Shown: piece by piece, positions 37,054-52,000 of the stretch
Layout: every line of letters starts with the position of its first letter
Numbering within the stretch: the stretch's first letter is position 1
Source of the DNA: Candidatus Hermodarchaeota archaeon
Lineage (GTDB): Archaea > Asgardarchaeota > Thorarchaeia > Thorarchaeales > Thorarchaeaceae
NCBI GenBank assembly: GCA_048885865.1
Contig: JBHLLF010000008.1
Coordinates: forward strand, 1 to 64,000
Reading direction: 5' to 3'
Length of the DNA: 64,000 bases
Position numbers and translations under genes: made by a program
The notes under the pieces: generated by a model
The model's input: only the letters and a program-made list of their open reading frames with translations
What the model was told of the DNA's origin: nothing
The model's database searches: none

Positions 37054-40000
37054 GGCTTGCCACCTCCCTTCTTGAGAATGCTATTGATGAGGTCTTCAAC
37101 AAGATCTCTTGGAAGATCTTGGACTTGCTCCATGATCGTTTCTAGTTCATGTCCTCCAATGCCTGCTTCAACCAGCCTCTTACGGATTTGTTCAATCTCT
37201 TCCTGGCTGACTAATTCTGGTGGTAATTCATCCTTTGCTTTTGAGAGGTCAGGTTTCTTCAGTTCTGTTTTCTCTGGAGGTTCTTCCTTTTCACCAACTA
37301 CTGGCTCTGTTGGAGGAGCAATCACTTTTCCGGCGATCAGTGCTCTTGCCTGTTCCAGAGTTTCTTTGTGAATCTTCTCTATACTCTTCTTCTCTATCTT
37401 GGCGCGTTTGATCACTTCTTGACTGATTACTTCTTTAATGAAGGCAGCCTGCTCGCTGAGCTTCATTTTGGTTACATCCGCTCTGAAGTCATCGAGCTCT
37501 TCTGGTGTCAACTGCGTAAGGATGGATAGCTGAATTAGCAGTTCTTCCATCTCAGGAACTTCAGCAACCAAGGAGTATTCAGGCATACTATCTGCTGATC
37601 TGACAATCCCAATCGGTTCTATGATTTCATTGAAGAGCTCAGTAAGTATGTCCCTTCTGTTCTGGACGCCATCAGGCACCTTCGGAATGCGACCCCGGTT
37701 GATGTCTTTCACCATTCCACGAATTTCTCTTAGTCGTTTTGGCAGACTGAACAGTCTGGACCATAGGACTGCCCCAATAATACATATGATTCCGATTGGA
37801 AGTCCATAGAGTATTGAACGTTCCAGAAGAAGATTGATATCAGAAGGCTCAACTGATACAGCAACCGTAACTACAGCCGAATCATAATTCTCCTTTGACA
37901 GCTCTATAAGGATAACTGCAGACCCTTGTGCCCATTCTGACCTTAGAGTGATTTCGTACCACCCCGGATTTGATGGATCAGGTTGTCTGCTTTCGACTTT
38001 GACATAGTCAAGATTCAAGCTGGTAGCGTTCGGAAAGCCACCTGGAATTCCTTGATTGTTGTGGCCTTCCCAAATGTCATAGTAGAAGACACGAATAGTA
38101 AATGTTTCAATATAGTTCATCAAAACTATTTCATGATCAGCTGTGAGTGCTGTTGGGATGTTGATTATTGTGATATAGAGATTGAGAGTGGCTCTGCTCC
38201 GATTCTCAAGACCGAGATTTGCGACGACTCGATAAGGAGTAGAACTGATTATCCATTGAGAGGAATCAATGACTAGACTATAATTCCCAAATGATAATTC
38301 TGACATCAACAAGATGTCTTTATCCGAAATTGATGGATGCAATATCACAGCTGTGAGATCTGAAGCATTTGATATGCCTTGGTTATACCAAGTGTCGTTA
38401 TAGAACAGAGTAATCGGGAGGCTGTCACCGTACGGAATCTGAAGATTCAAGACATTTCCGTCGATTTGATACTGCGATGGAGTGTAGGCTACAATTTCTG
38501 TAGGAACCTCTCTCACTGTTAGTGTGAAGACTCCAGTACCCGCTTCATAGTTATGCTTCCAGAAACTGACAACCACTGGGTATACGCCGGGACTTACTAG
38601 GGATGTGTTGATCCATACCTGATATACACCATCGATGATGTACCTGGACTGTTGTTCCATTCCTTCCCAATCGATTCCAACCTCAGCTGCAACAACTCCC
38701 CTATCTTCCAAAAGGTTCCAATATGTCAGGTTCACCCAACCTGCCCAACCCCACACCTTGGGTGCCACGAAGGTGGATTCAACTGTTGTCTGAATGAGTC
38801 TGATTGTTATGGTTGTCATGTTGTTAGAAGGAGCATAAGCACCAACCAATGGGTACGCTGTAAACCTTAGGGTGTAAGTAGTTGCATTATACTCATAGGT
38901 ATAGAAGTCAAAGTAGAAGTACCCTGGCCCTCCAATTGACGAACCGTTCAGGAATTCTCCTGTTAGGAATGTTCCTGAAAGCGACCAAGTTACTGTGCAG
39001 TTTGACAATCCAGTGTCGTTCAAAGTAGGTGCAAGTACAAACACGCCAATTCGAATAGTGTCGGTCCAATCGAAGACCTGGCTGCTATAGGTTTCAGTCA
39101 ACGGATCCAGATTCACCTTGGTCAGAATCTGCTTGATATTGACTTCTGCAGAGGAGGTCATAGTGAGATAGTTGGTCTTCTCAGCGCTCACAACAATAGA
39201 ATACGTCTTCGTACTGGCCGCTACTGTTGCTATGAGCCCTGTGTAATATCCATTCATTCCTGGAACTGGTGCTAAGGACACACCATTCATATCAAAGATC
39301 CATTTTGCCGATACCGAGGCTCCCGTTAGAGGCACATCATTGTATGCGTCACGGACAAATACGGTGATGTTTATTGGTTCACCTTTGTAGAGCACCTGAC
39401 TATTCAGACCATCCACTATTGTAAGTTCAAGATTCAATCTCAATATATTCACGGTGACCTGCCCTGAAACCGTGTCATAATTATCCAGCCTGGCGGTTAT
39501 CGACACCAGATAGGTAGTAGCAAGAGGAAGGTTTCCAGTATCAACGGTAAACGAGTAATTACCAGGTGTTCCCTCCGTAAGGCTTCCACTCAATATGCCA
39601 AATTGATAGTTAACAGCGGCTCCAGGAATGAGAGTGCCACTCCGGGTGTCATTGAAGAGAGCCCATATCGAAACGCTTTCTCCCCAATGGACATCTGGGA
39701 CAGTCTGCGGCAATATAATCCCTGTTGGAATGTTAAGTACTTTTATTGAGATGGAAATTTCAGGAATGAAGTAGTCAGCCTTTTGAGCACTCACTACAAG
39801 AGTGTAGAGGTCTGCACCCAAAGTAGTTGTGTCCAGCGTAATGTTATACATTCCGCTGCCAATATAGACGTAGCTTGAAGTTTCAGGCCATATTAGATTC
39901 AGCATAGCGTCATGTATTGGTGCAGACGATGCATCAATATCAACAAGTTCAACAATCGCATAGGTCTGCTCACCAAAGTAAGCATCGGGCGATTCTATCT

Positions 40001-43000
40001 TTGTCAATTCACCTTGCCTTGCCCGAATCTGTATTGGTACCTGAACCTCAGCAAATTGATAATTACTCAAGTTAATTTGTATCACAAGTGCATTTGTACC
40101 GGTGGAGCCTGCGTCAGTGCAGTTCACAGTTAGTTCGTAAATCCCTGGAGCGATTACAGTTATGCACCAAATGGATGGCACAGAGCCATCGGACTTGTAG
40201 GTGACACTGATATCGCTCTCAGCTCCTGCTATAGCCAGCAAATGATCTGTATCAGTAAATGTAAGGACCACGCTAACATTATCTCTGATTGGTACCGTTG
40301 TTGGGCTTGGTTCGTAATAGTACAATTGCGATTGAATCAATCTGACCGAACCAATGAGAAATATCTCAGAGGCATTCCGATAATAGGGCGCTATGGACTG
40401 ATTCCATTGCAAAAGTAAGGAGAATGTGTATAGCCCAACTCCACCAAGCTTGTTTGTATCTACTATGATTGTATATTCGCCAAACTCAGGGCCAAAACCC
40501 CTAACAATCCAGAAGTCCGTGTTCTCGACAAGCCCGCTCGGATTTAGACAATCAAACACGATTATGGCATCACCTATTCCCAATCCATTGTCCTGATCTT
40601 GATAGGAGAAAGTCAGTGTCATATTGTCGCCAATTGGGATTGTAGGAGCATTGCCAAGGCTAATGGATCCAACTCTATTGGTGACTGTGACTCCCACTGA
40701 TGCTGCATCATCCGAATAATAGGGAGGATCAGTGGAAGACCAATCGACAAAGACTGTGACATTCCAATTGGTTACTAGGTATGGGCTCAAAATTGCTGAA
40801 TTGATTCCGATTCTATATCCATTGCCAGCAAAAGACATGGCGAAGTCGCTGCTTTGAAGAAGGCTGCCTCCGCTGTAAATTGATACCATGTTCTTTGTTA
40901 ATGTGATGAAATCATCTGTGCTATCGTCATTATAGCTAAATGTGAATGTGATATTATCAAGGAACCTGACTTGTGTAGGTGAGCTGATAATTCTGACACT
41001 TGCGGGCCGTACAACTACCGATACAGTCAATGAAATCGTCGTATCGGTGTAATAAGGAGCTCCTGAGGGCCACTCAGCACTTACTACAAGGCTTTTTGTG
41101 GTGCCCGGAATTCCTATTGCAGTTGCATTTATCGAGATCTGATAGATGCCATCTCCACTTGTCTGTAGAATGTATTCAGTGCCCTCCATCAGATTAATTG
41201 CGTCAATGGAGAGGACAATGTTTGCACCTCCAATCGCAGTAGATGATTCCAAGTCGCGATATGCAACAGTGAAATTGACAAAGTCAAGATACGGAGTAGG
41301 AAGTGGTGACTCAGTGACATCTAGATATGTTGTACGCTCCCTAAGTCTGAACGACACGAAAGTTTCTGCAGCAAGGTAGAATGGTGATGCATCTGCATAT
41401 GTGAATCGAATCCAAAGCACATAGTCTGTATCAACATCAAGGATTTGATTGAACGTCTGCACAGTGACCAGGTAATCTTGAGAAACTCCGCGCCAATTTG
41501 ATGTGAAGATCCAAGAGCTTCCATTTAGAATCTCTATGCTTGTCAGCAAGGAGATATTGCTGATTGGTGAAAGAGAGAATAAATCACTGTAATGCAATAC
41601 TAATGGGATTGACGAATTGTAGGAAACAATTCCAGCTGATTCAGCTGCTAGCGTAGTGATTCTATATCGAACATTGAGCGTCCGTGAACCTGTGACATCA
41701 GGATAGTAGAATTGGGTCGTGGTGATTTGAATTTCAAGACTATAAGAATCCGGTCTTGAGAAGTAGCTTGTATTCAGCTCAATGGTGTATTTCCCGCTTC
41801 CAAGAGGAATATAGCTATAGAAAGAAACGGGAATTGGCTGTGAGTCGTTGTATAGTGTTATTGTTCCATCATCAATTGGGCTGGGAATTGCTCCTGCGAC
41901 ATCCAGATAGGTCACAGTGAAAGTAGCCATTTCTCCATATGAAGTGGGACTGGGTGTTGCGAAATCGAATGACGTTTCTCTACTAGCTACTGTGATAAAG
42001 ATGGTCCTTGCCGTAATATTAGCGTAGAATGGTGAGCCTGTCCAAGTAATGCTGATGGTGAACTGTTTGCTTCCAAGAGACGCTCCTAGAACACTAGTGT
42101 TGAAGGACACATGGAACTCCCTAGTTGTGGAATTATAGCTTATTGAATAGTCTGGCAGGTTGACTACAACAGTCATCCTTGCATCATTAGGAATTGTGAC
42201 AGGAATTACATTTGACACATCATCATACGAGAATGAGAAGGTGGCATTAATGCCATAGGATGTGCTGTCAGGCGGAGTCACAGATACTACAGTGTTCCTC
42301 GGAATCACTCGCACTGAAATTGTATCAGTTCGGTTGTCATAGAATGGAGAAGCAGATGCAGACCAGTTCACTTGCACAACCATGGTAAATACGCCTGGCT
42401 TTGCGAATATGGTTGTGTTGAACTCCAAGGTGTAATGCCCAGGCATGCCCTCTAAGATGGATACCAATGATGTATCAATGGATTCACCCACGAACTCAAT
42501 GAAGATGAATACATCACCAGTTGCGTTTGATATCCCTACCCCGCTATAGAGCTCACCATAGAAATACGTATAGCTCATATTCTCCAAATATGGAGTTGGA
42601 CCGGGAGAGTCCTCGAGACTCAGTTCCGATTCTTCACCAATGATATTGACTGATGTTCTAATCATTCCATTGTAGAACTGCTGAGTAGGTCCAGTCCAAT
42701 TGACATAGACTGTGAAATTGTATAATCCACTCTCTCCAAGTACTAAAGCTGGGAATCTAATGATATAGTAGCCATTACCCGAAGCTGTATCATTTTCAAG
42801 GGTCGAGTCGATCCATCCAGCTACTCCATAGACAGAAACATTGACGTATTGCGAAGCAACTCCAACATCGTTGTCCAAGTCACCATAGTACAGAGAAACA
42901 TTGACCATGCCAACATAGGTCGTGGGCTCAACTGCACTGCCGAGTCTAACCTCTGTGTAGTGAGTCCTGAGAGTCAAGCTCAAATTGAAGTAGCCAAATT

Positions 43001-46000
43001 GGTAGTTTGAACCCTTTGATACGTTGAATAAAATGAAATAGCTACCCAACGAATCTGTCTGGAGGCTTGGCAGCTCCACTCTGTATTGCGATCCTGTCCA
43101 AATCACAGTTAATGCATGGGTCCAGTTGTGGTCTATTGATGCACCAAGAATAGGCTCATCGTGAATTATGTCCCAGTAGTCCACGTATAAGACTGCTGTA
43201 TCACCTAATGGAAGATCTATCGACGAATCTGAGGAACGAGCGTAGGCATAAGCTATCTGGACTATCACTTCGAATGTTAGTGTCTTCGCTTTATAGCTTA
43301 GAGCATCTGCTGTGATATTGACTTCGTGTGTTCCGAGATTCCATCCTTGCACAATTACCAATACTTCGTAGACACCATTGCCAAGATGTTGCCATGTGAT
43401 TGATGCGCCTTCTGCTGTTATCGAACCTGTGGTGATATTGACATTATTGTCTATGTCTACATAATTCAGGGTGATAGTGACATTTGTGTCGTAGGTTGTT
43501 GTCACAGTGGGATAATCATCAGACGACAAATAAGTCAAGATTGGCCTATAGGTGAATGTTATCACTGGTGTCTGTGAATCGATATAGTTCTCTGCAGGCA
43601 AAAAGTCGACATACACTACGATGGTATATTCCCCTTCTAGGAAGTTGCTTTGGTCAATGATAAGCTGGTATCGTCCTTCGCCGAGGAATGCAAAGCTCTC
43701 AAATGTGTATTGCCAGCCAGTTTCATTCTTTGCAGTGAAGTATGCTTGAGTCAGTCCATTAATGGGATCTCCATCAATTGAAGACCCTGGTTCGCTGATA
43801 TTCAAATGAGCAAACATGACGAAGTCATCACCGTTCGGGAATGGCTCAAGATGTTCCCAGCTCACATAGACCTCAAGCTTTCTGATTTCCAGGTCTACGG
43901 ATATTGTTGCATCTGAATAGTATCGAGGTGCGGTAGTTGCATAGACAGTGATGTTGATTGTATATACCCCTACTGACCAAGCACTTGTATCCAGCCAGAA
44001 GCCATATGGGAAGAATGCTTGCGGTCCACTTCCCCAATCTAGAGTCACCTGGCTCAGATTGCCAACGCCTATTCCAACTGAACCTCCATCGACATCTAGG
44101 AATGAGATGTCGAAATGGGTGCTCGTTCCCACTGGCGTGGACGGACTATAATCTGCACTTACTGAAGTGCTATGTACTTTCACTATCACCGTAACACTTG
44201 CTGTTGCATCCTCATAGTTCGCCTCCGAGAGAGTCACATCAAATACATAGGTGCCTGGGAGATACGAACTTGTGTCAATTGTGAGAGCATAATCCCCTCC
44301 ACCAATATCTGCTGTTTGAAGAGCAACAGGGGGATTGATGCTAGCTGTACCTCCATCTATTCCAATTCCTGAGTGGTCTATATCATACCAGTGTATCGTG
44401 ACAGTGGCTTGTTCTCCCCATGGGACTTCAACTGGATCAGAGCTAAGTGCATACGCATCTGTAGAAACTTGTCTATAGTCGAATTGCACGTCGATTGAGC
44501 TACTCAACAGATATGAATCCGATGGGGTTGCTGTGAATCTAAATGCATGTGTGCCAGTTGACAGTGCCGAGCTGTCAATAGTCAAGAGATATGTACCGTT
44601 GCCATAATCTACGGGCGCGCCTATGATGGTCCCATTGCTAGCGAATCCCGCATTTGCAAGCGGCTGGCTGTTGAATGAGTCTCTTAAGGTGATTTTTACT
44701 GTGAAGTCATCACCATATGGAGCAGCTGATGGCGGTTCATATGTGAGATATGTCTGATGCGATAAATCCAGAAAGAAGACATTGAATGCATCACCATAGA
44801 ACTGGTGAGAAGACGTAAGTTCAATACGCCAACGTTGAGCAGTACCCAGGTCTGTCGTATTTAGGACTCTTCCGTAGCTACCATCGCCGTAATCATTGAG
44901 TTGAATCTGAGTAGGAGCCCCACTGACAGTCCAGTTCATGGTCATTGTGGCACCGCTGATTGGTAGAGAGGTTAGTGTATCGGAAAGCTCGAATTCAACA
45001 TACAAGCCTTCACCGATGAGCTTGGCTGAGATACCATCCGATACTGCATCACCAGGCGCCGTTAGGCTCATAGAAGCTCCTCGTTTTACAATAAAGTTCC
45101 TACTGAATATCCCCACACTTTGATCAACATTGGCTCCATCATCGTAATACCGAGCAGTGGCTTGCCAGACTCCTGCTTGGGCTGAAGAATCAAGTGTGAT
45201 TGCCGCGGATTCTGAATATCCTGGAGACTGCTCTATACTAATTGAGAAGAAGCTGCTTGGATCATTTTGGTTCTTAAATTGTGTTTCAATCCATCCAGCA
45301 GGACGTGCAACATCTGAGATACGAACCTCGTCGATTTGTCCCTCATATTCGGCACTCCAGACAACATCCTTTGGCTGATCTCCATGACCAATCCAGAAGC
45401 CTTGCTCAGCTGTGGAGGGTAATATTGCATCAGTCTTCTGGAGAACATTCGGATCCTGCACTCCGTCAACATAGATTCTCATCAAGCTGCCATCGTACGT
45501 GGCCACGATGTGATGCCAAGATCCTCCCATAACATCATTCGCTCCCACTAACTGGTGGGTCTCTCCTTGCACATTGAAGACAGGCTTGAGAGTCGATACG
45601 CCTCCCTCATTAATGAAGAGGCTATAACCATTATACCACCCCTTGTGATTCATTATTCCATAGATGTGGGTGTTAGGTGTGATATCATGTTGGACCCACG
45701 CCTCCAGAGTTAGTTGATACCCGTCAATATTCCAAAGCGGGCTATCACCGCAGTCAATAAGGTCATAGTTTCCATCAAGATTATTGAAATCTTGGCCAAA
45801 GCCAATCTTGCCGGAAACTTGGGTTGGCACATAGGTGGCTTGGCCTTCTCCACCCTGGCCATGATGTTTGTATTGACTGCTGTCTGTATATTCATCAAGT
45901 GCTCCAGTTCCACTCTCTGCAAGGTGCCAGACGCCTAGATAGCCAGAATCCCATACCGGTCCTGAATCGTAGACTATTGGTGCTATGGGATTGCCGTAAT

Positions 46001-49000
46001 ACATGCTAATTGCGGTATCACTTGAACCAGATAGCAATGGGACCTTAACCCATGCTGCGAGATGTGCATGTGTCGAGTTGAAAGTCTGGTCGAAGAGTTC
46101 AATCTCATGTGCAAGTGTTTCTTCTCCAATTGCGAAGGCTATATCTCTACCATCTGCACGAACATCTGTGCGTAGGTCAGCGTCATATATGTCAACAAGT
46201 ACCGGGAAGTTGACAAGATCTGTAGCGACATTTTCATGGCTGATAGTAAGATATTTCCTGTGGGAGTAGGGCAGAGCGAATTTTTGGCCTTGAAATGTTG
46301 CTGCGCCTGAATACCAGGTTGAGCCGTATGGATCAGTCAAATCAAGTGATATGCCTGAGCTCATGGTTCCAGAACTCCATATCCGGAACTGGATTTCTTC
46401 TCCTATCAAGAAAGTGCCTGATGGAGTATAAGGTCCTCCTGACAGACCCATTTGTGTGTCAAAAACATGATTCCTGTCTTGGAATCGAATCCGCCACATA
46501 CCATATTCATCAATCGCTGTTGAAGCAACGATGAGTTTCCCGTCGAAGCATGTCCAGTCAGTTGCGAATGATTTCTCTACCCCTGAAGGACTCATGACAG
46601 AAAATGGATACCATTCGCCTTCTGGATAAGACAGCTCAAATGAAATTGATTCTATCTCAGGAGGAGGAGAAACCAGTACATTTGCTGTCCAGACGGCCAA
46701 GCTGCCATTTACTATTGAAAACGATGTTCCTGGAATATAGTCATCTGTGTAGCTAAACCCTGAAGTGTGGGTTCCAAGCGAAGAACTTAATCCAATTGTA
46801 ATGGCAACATCCGAGCTCGTGCTAAATTTGTATCCTGATGCGTCCAGCAAGCTTGGTTCGCTTGGCTCTTCTGGAATGGCAATTTGCTCTTCCGCTCCAA
46901 CAGAGTAGAAGCTAGCCGGGTCATTCTGATTTGCGTATTCTGTTGCAATCCACTCAGGAGAAAGGACGGCACCGAGAATTCTAAACTCTGAAATCGCACC
47001 AGGACCCCACATATTTCCGGCGCTGAAATCGGACAGAATTGCTAGCTGGTCCCATGGCAGATGTGGATTTGCATTATCTGCGCTATTGTCTGATGCATCC
47101 AATGAGCCATTTATGTAGTGATATGCCATTACAGCAGCCGTCGACCTTACAAATGAGAATTGAAACCATGAGTCTGCAGCCCAGGAATTCTTAGTCCCAG
47201 TACAACTATCATCATTATCTGATGTAACTTCTATGTGTGTTACAACGATTCCACTACTCGCGAATCTCATTAACGGATAATCATTTGTGAGACTGTTGCC
47301 CCGGAAAAAGTGCATCTCACTTCCTGGCGGAAACGTATTGTCGAACTTGAACCATGACTGAAATGTAGTGTCAAGCAACGGACCTGAGATACTGCTAACA
47401 GCAAACCTATCATTAATCCCGTCAACTGAAATCGCTGTTCCTAATCTACCATCATAAACCCGTGAATCAGAATCAAATCCCAGTGCAGTCAAGTGATACC
47501 CATTGGCTGTGCTATCCAAGATGCTAGTGGATGATGGGTCCTGATTAAAGTGCCAAACTGCAACATAGTTGCTATTCCATACCTCAGATGGCCTCTCTTG
47601 ATTGTTTATGCTTGGATTTCCATAGTACATGGTAATTGTAGTGTCCACTGAGGAGGATAGGTCTATCTTAACCCAAGCGACAAGATGTGCATGTGTCGAG
47701 TTGTAGGTCTGGTCGAACAGCTCAATTTCATGTGGTAGAGATGAGGTCCCAATTTTGAAGATGATGTCGTCTCCGTCCGGCTGAACATCACTTCTGAGAT
47801 CAGAGTCGAAGATGTCAATGAGCAACGGAAAGTCTGTCAGGTCTGAACCAACCTTGGTGTGGTCTATTGTAATGTTCTTCATGTAATTATACTCAGGTGC
47901 CACACCCAAGAATTCAGCAGCGCTAATAGAATAGAAGCTAGACGGATCATTCTGATTATTGAACTCGGTGAGTATCCAATCTGAAGAACGAGCAATTTTG
48001 GAAATTCGGACTTCATCCAACATTCCATCGAACATATCATCTGTGGTTGGACTGCTTTCGCCATTCAGCCTGAAATTAGCGCTGTTCTGAAGAGAACCTA
48101 CACTGCCTATAGTTCCCCAAATGGAACTCTTGTCATCTATCCCATCAACATAGATTGTCGAAATAGTATCGCTATCCTGATCAAACACATAGACAACATG
48201 GCGCCAGCCCGTGTTGAGAACAGGAGAGCTTGCATCAACGCCAAATTGGGGTCCATCAGACGATATGCTGTAACCAGGGTATCCATTGTTATCGTCCGAT
48301 ACAAACGCAGCATAGCCTGGACTTGAAGAAGCTAGGCCATTCCGCTTGCTTACCAAGAAAGGTTCATAGTAGTAGAAGTAGTCCAGATCCACCCAGAATT
48401 CGATAGTGAAATCATCCGTATTTCCGAAGTCGAGATGTCCATCTGCGGGATCTCCCATATTTACAGTGCCTAGCCCATCACGGTCGAAATAGTAAGCATT
48501 GCCTATGCGTCCCGATACTCCTTGAGTGAGCAGTCCTGATGGAGTTCCATGTGTTTGATATGGTGTAGAATCTTGAGCATTGCCACTTGTTTCTGAGAGA
48601 TGCCATACGCCCATATAGCTACTATCCCAGACGCCATCAGAATCCTCTTGATTTGTTGCTTCAGGATTTCCGTAGTACATAGTAACAATCGTATCAGATG
48701 ATGATGAGAGGTCGGTTTTGACCCAGGCAACCAGGTGAGCGTGAGTAGAGTTGTAATCTCGGTCGAAGAGCTCTATCTCATGTGATAGTGATACATCACC
48801 TGTCTTGAAGATAATATCATCACCATCAACTTGTGTTTCAATCTTGAGATCAGTGTCATAAATGTCGATTAGTAATGGGAATCCAACAAGATCTGAACTG
48901 ACCTTTGTATTGTCAATCGTGATATTCTTTCTGTAGTTGAAACCTTTGGGCTGGGGAGTTAGTTCATATCCCACCGTATAGAAGCTTGTGGGATCGTTCT

Positions 49001-52000
49001 GGTTTCTGAATTCCGCCAGAATCCACTCGGCTGATCTGTCAATATTTGATACACGGACTTCATCGATGCGGCCATCATAATATTGATCTTCGAGACCTAT
49101 GTTTAGGGGGGATCCAGAAACAGCGAGAGTGCCAGAATTAGGGATAGATGCTATCTCAGTACCATCCACATAAATGAATGTGGTTGTACCATCGTAGACT
49201 CCTACTACATGGTACCACCTGTTGATGTCATTATTGGTCCGGGCAATCCAGGTCTGTCCAGTTCCGGTTGTTGTCACACTAAATGTGATTCTCCTAGTTG
49301 CATCCCAATCTTGAAAGATTTCGTATGAGCCATACTTAACAACAATCCCTGAGCCCCATCCAGGCCCTATGTCCTCATTGAGGTATGCCCACGCTTCAAG
49401 TGTCACAACATCACCAGCAATATTCAGACTTGGCCCATTACCACAATTGATTGAGTCATCTACCCCATCGAATAGAATTGCATTGCCTATTGGTCCGTTT
49501 ATTCCTAATGTGGGGGCGCCTGCATCAGTTCCATGATTGTTATTGGAAGTTGAGTCCTTGAATGCTCCGCTCCCTCCACTGGTTTCTCCCAGATGCCAGA
49601 CTCCCATGTAATTGTCGTTCCACACACTATTCGGGTTCTCTTGATTTGATGCTTGGGGACTGCCATAGTACATTGTAACTGCTGAATCAACAGTGGATGA
49701 GAGATCAGTCTTGACCCAGGCGACCAGATGAGCATGAGTTAGGTTGTAATCTTGGTCAAAGAGTTCTATCTCATGCGGAACCAAAGCATCATTCATCTTG
49801 AAGATGATGTCATCTCCATCTGCTTGAACGTCTGTCTTGAGATCAGTGTCATAGATGTCGATAAGCATTGGAAAATCTGAAAGGTCGGCATCAATCTGCG
49901 TATGGTCTACTACAATGTCCTTCCTGAATGCGAACTCAACTGGTTGGGTTATTATTTCAGCTCCAACCGAATAGAAGCTGGATGGATTGAGTTGATTGTT
50001 GTACTCAGTGATAACCCAGCCATCTGAACGTGCGGTGTTGGATACACGAACCTCATCGATTAATCCATCAACTGGATTGGGAGAAGATAATCCGCGTGAG
50101 ATTGTGAAGTTGTCTGTGCTAGACACACTTCCTATGCCACTAATATCTACATCTCCACTATAACTCCCATCTTTAAACAGATGCATTGTATTACTGCTTG
50201 TATCAACACAAGCAACAAGATGCATCCATTCACCGAATGTGACGCTGTAACTGCCAGTAGATTCGTAACTAGTTCCATCACCTATCTGGAAGTAAATGTT
50301 TTGTCCGAGTGTGTTGGTTTCAAATCTATAGCCGCTTTTAAGACCACTTGGATGTCCTTTGTTAAGAGGAGCTTGCCAAGAACCTGTGCTCGCATCAATC
50401 TTCAGCCATATACTAATGGTGAAACTGTTTAGGCCAAAATCAAGATGACCATCTGCGGGGTCTTCCATGTTTATATAGCCATCAATCCCGTCGAAATCGC
50501 TGGCACTTCCTATTCTTCCTAAAACTCCTAAAGTAACTCCACCAAACGGAGTCCCATCTTGACCATATGGTGTTGAGTCTTGAACACTACCGCTAGCTTC
50601 ACCCAAATGCCAGACTCCAACGTAGCCATTGCTCCATACAGCTGAAGGGTTCTCTTGTTTCGATGCCTCTGGATTTCCGTAATGCATCGTGATTGTTGTA
50701 TCAATAGTGGATGAGAGATCAGTCTTGACCCAGGCAACTAGGTGGGCATGAGTGGAGTTGTACTCCTGATCGAATATTTCTATTTCATGAACCAAAGGTG
50801 TCGTGCCAATCTTGAAGATGATGTCATCGCCATCCGATTGTACATCAGTTCTTAAATCAGCGTCAAATACGTCAATGAGGAGTGGAAAATCTGTCAAGTC
50901 TGCAGAGACCTTAGTATGATCGACCACTATATCCTTTTCATATGCGAACTCCACAGGTTGCGTGAATGTTTCTGAGCCTACGGAATAGAAACTGGCTGGG
51001 TCGTATTGATTATTAAATTCGGTCGCAATCCACTCTGGCGAGTATGCCATATTGGCAACCCGTACTTCATCTGTGTTTGCAGTGGACCAATAGCCAATAG
51101 TGCCACCAACTTCACTACGGAATGCGCCTATATAGAAGGACTCTGACTCGTCAAGACTACCATAGCCTGTAATATCCGTTGGAGAATTGGGATCTTCTAC
51201 TCCATCAATGTATAATCGAAGATAATTCCCATCCCTTACCAAAGATACATGGTGCCACAAATTGTCACCATATGTAGAAGTCGAGGTGACGCTCTTCGCT
51301 ACGGTATTGTCGTCAATTTGCGCCATCAACATTCCTGGACCTGATTCTATGCTAAGTCGATATCTCTTGGCGTTAAGTACAGCACCTTTTCCAGCAAGAA
51401 CTCCCATGTCTACACCATCATACTTGAACCACAGGGACAGCGAGAAATCATTGGAGCCTACATTCAGCGAACTATCACTTCCACAATCGATGTGATCTTG
51501 ATTATTATCGAAATCGATGCTTCCATCGATTTGTCCATCTACTTGGTCATCGGACTGCAGATTATAGCCTGTTCCATGATTCGAATTTGATGTTGAATCA
51601 TGAATCGCACCTGTGGGGTCTTCTTTTAGATGCCAGACGCCTGCATAATTGGAATCCCAAACGCCTGCTGCATTCTCTTGATTTACAGCCGTCGGATTGC
51701 CATAATACATCGTAATTACGGTGTCAGTTGATGATAGAAGGTTTGTCTTCACCCAAGCCACTAGATGTGCATGACTGGTATTATAGGACTGTTCAAAGAC
51801 CTCAATCTCGTGAGGAATGATGAAGCCATCTTTAGCAAAAACGATGTCATCGCCATCAGCTTGGACATCTGTCTTCAGATCTGTGTCATAGATGTTGATT
51901 AACACTGGGAACTCTGTCAAGTCTGCATCGACCTTCGTGTGATCAATGACTATGTCCTTTTTGTAAGTAAGCTCAATTTGCTGGATATATTGTTCAGCTC

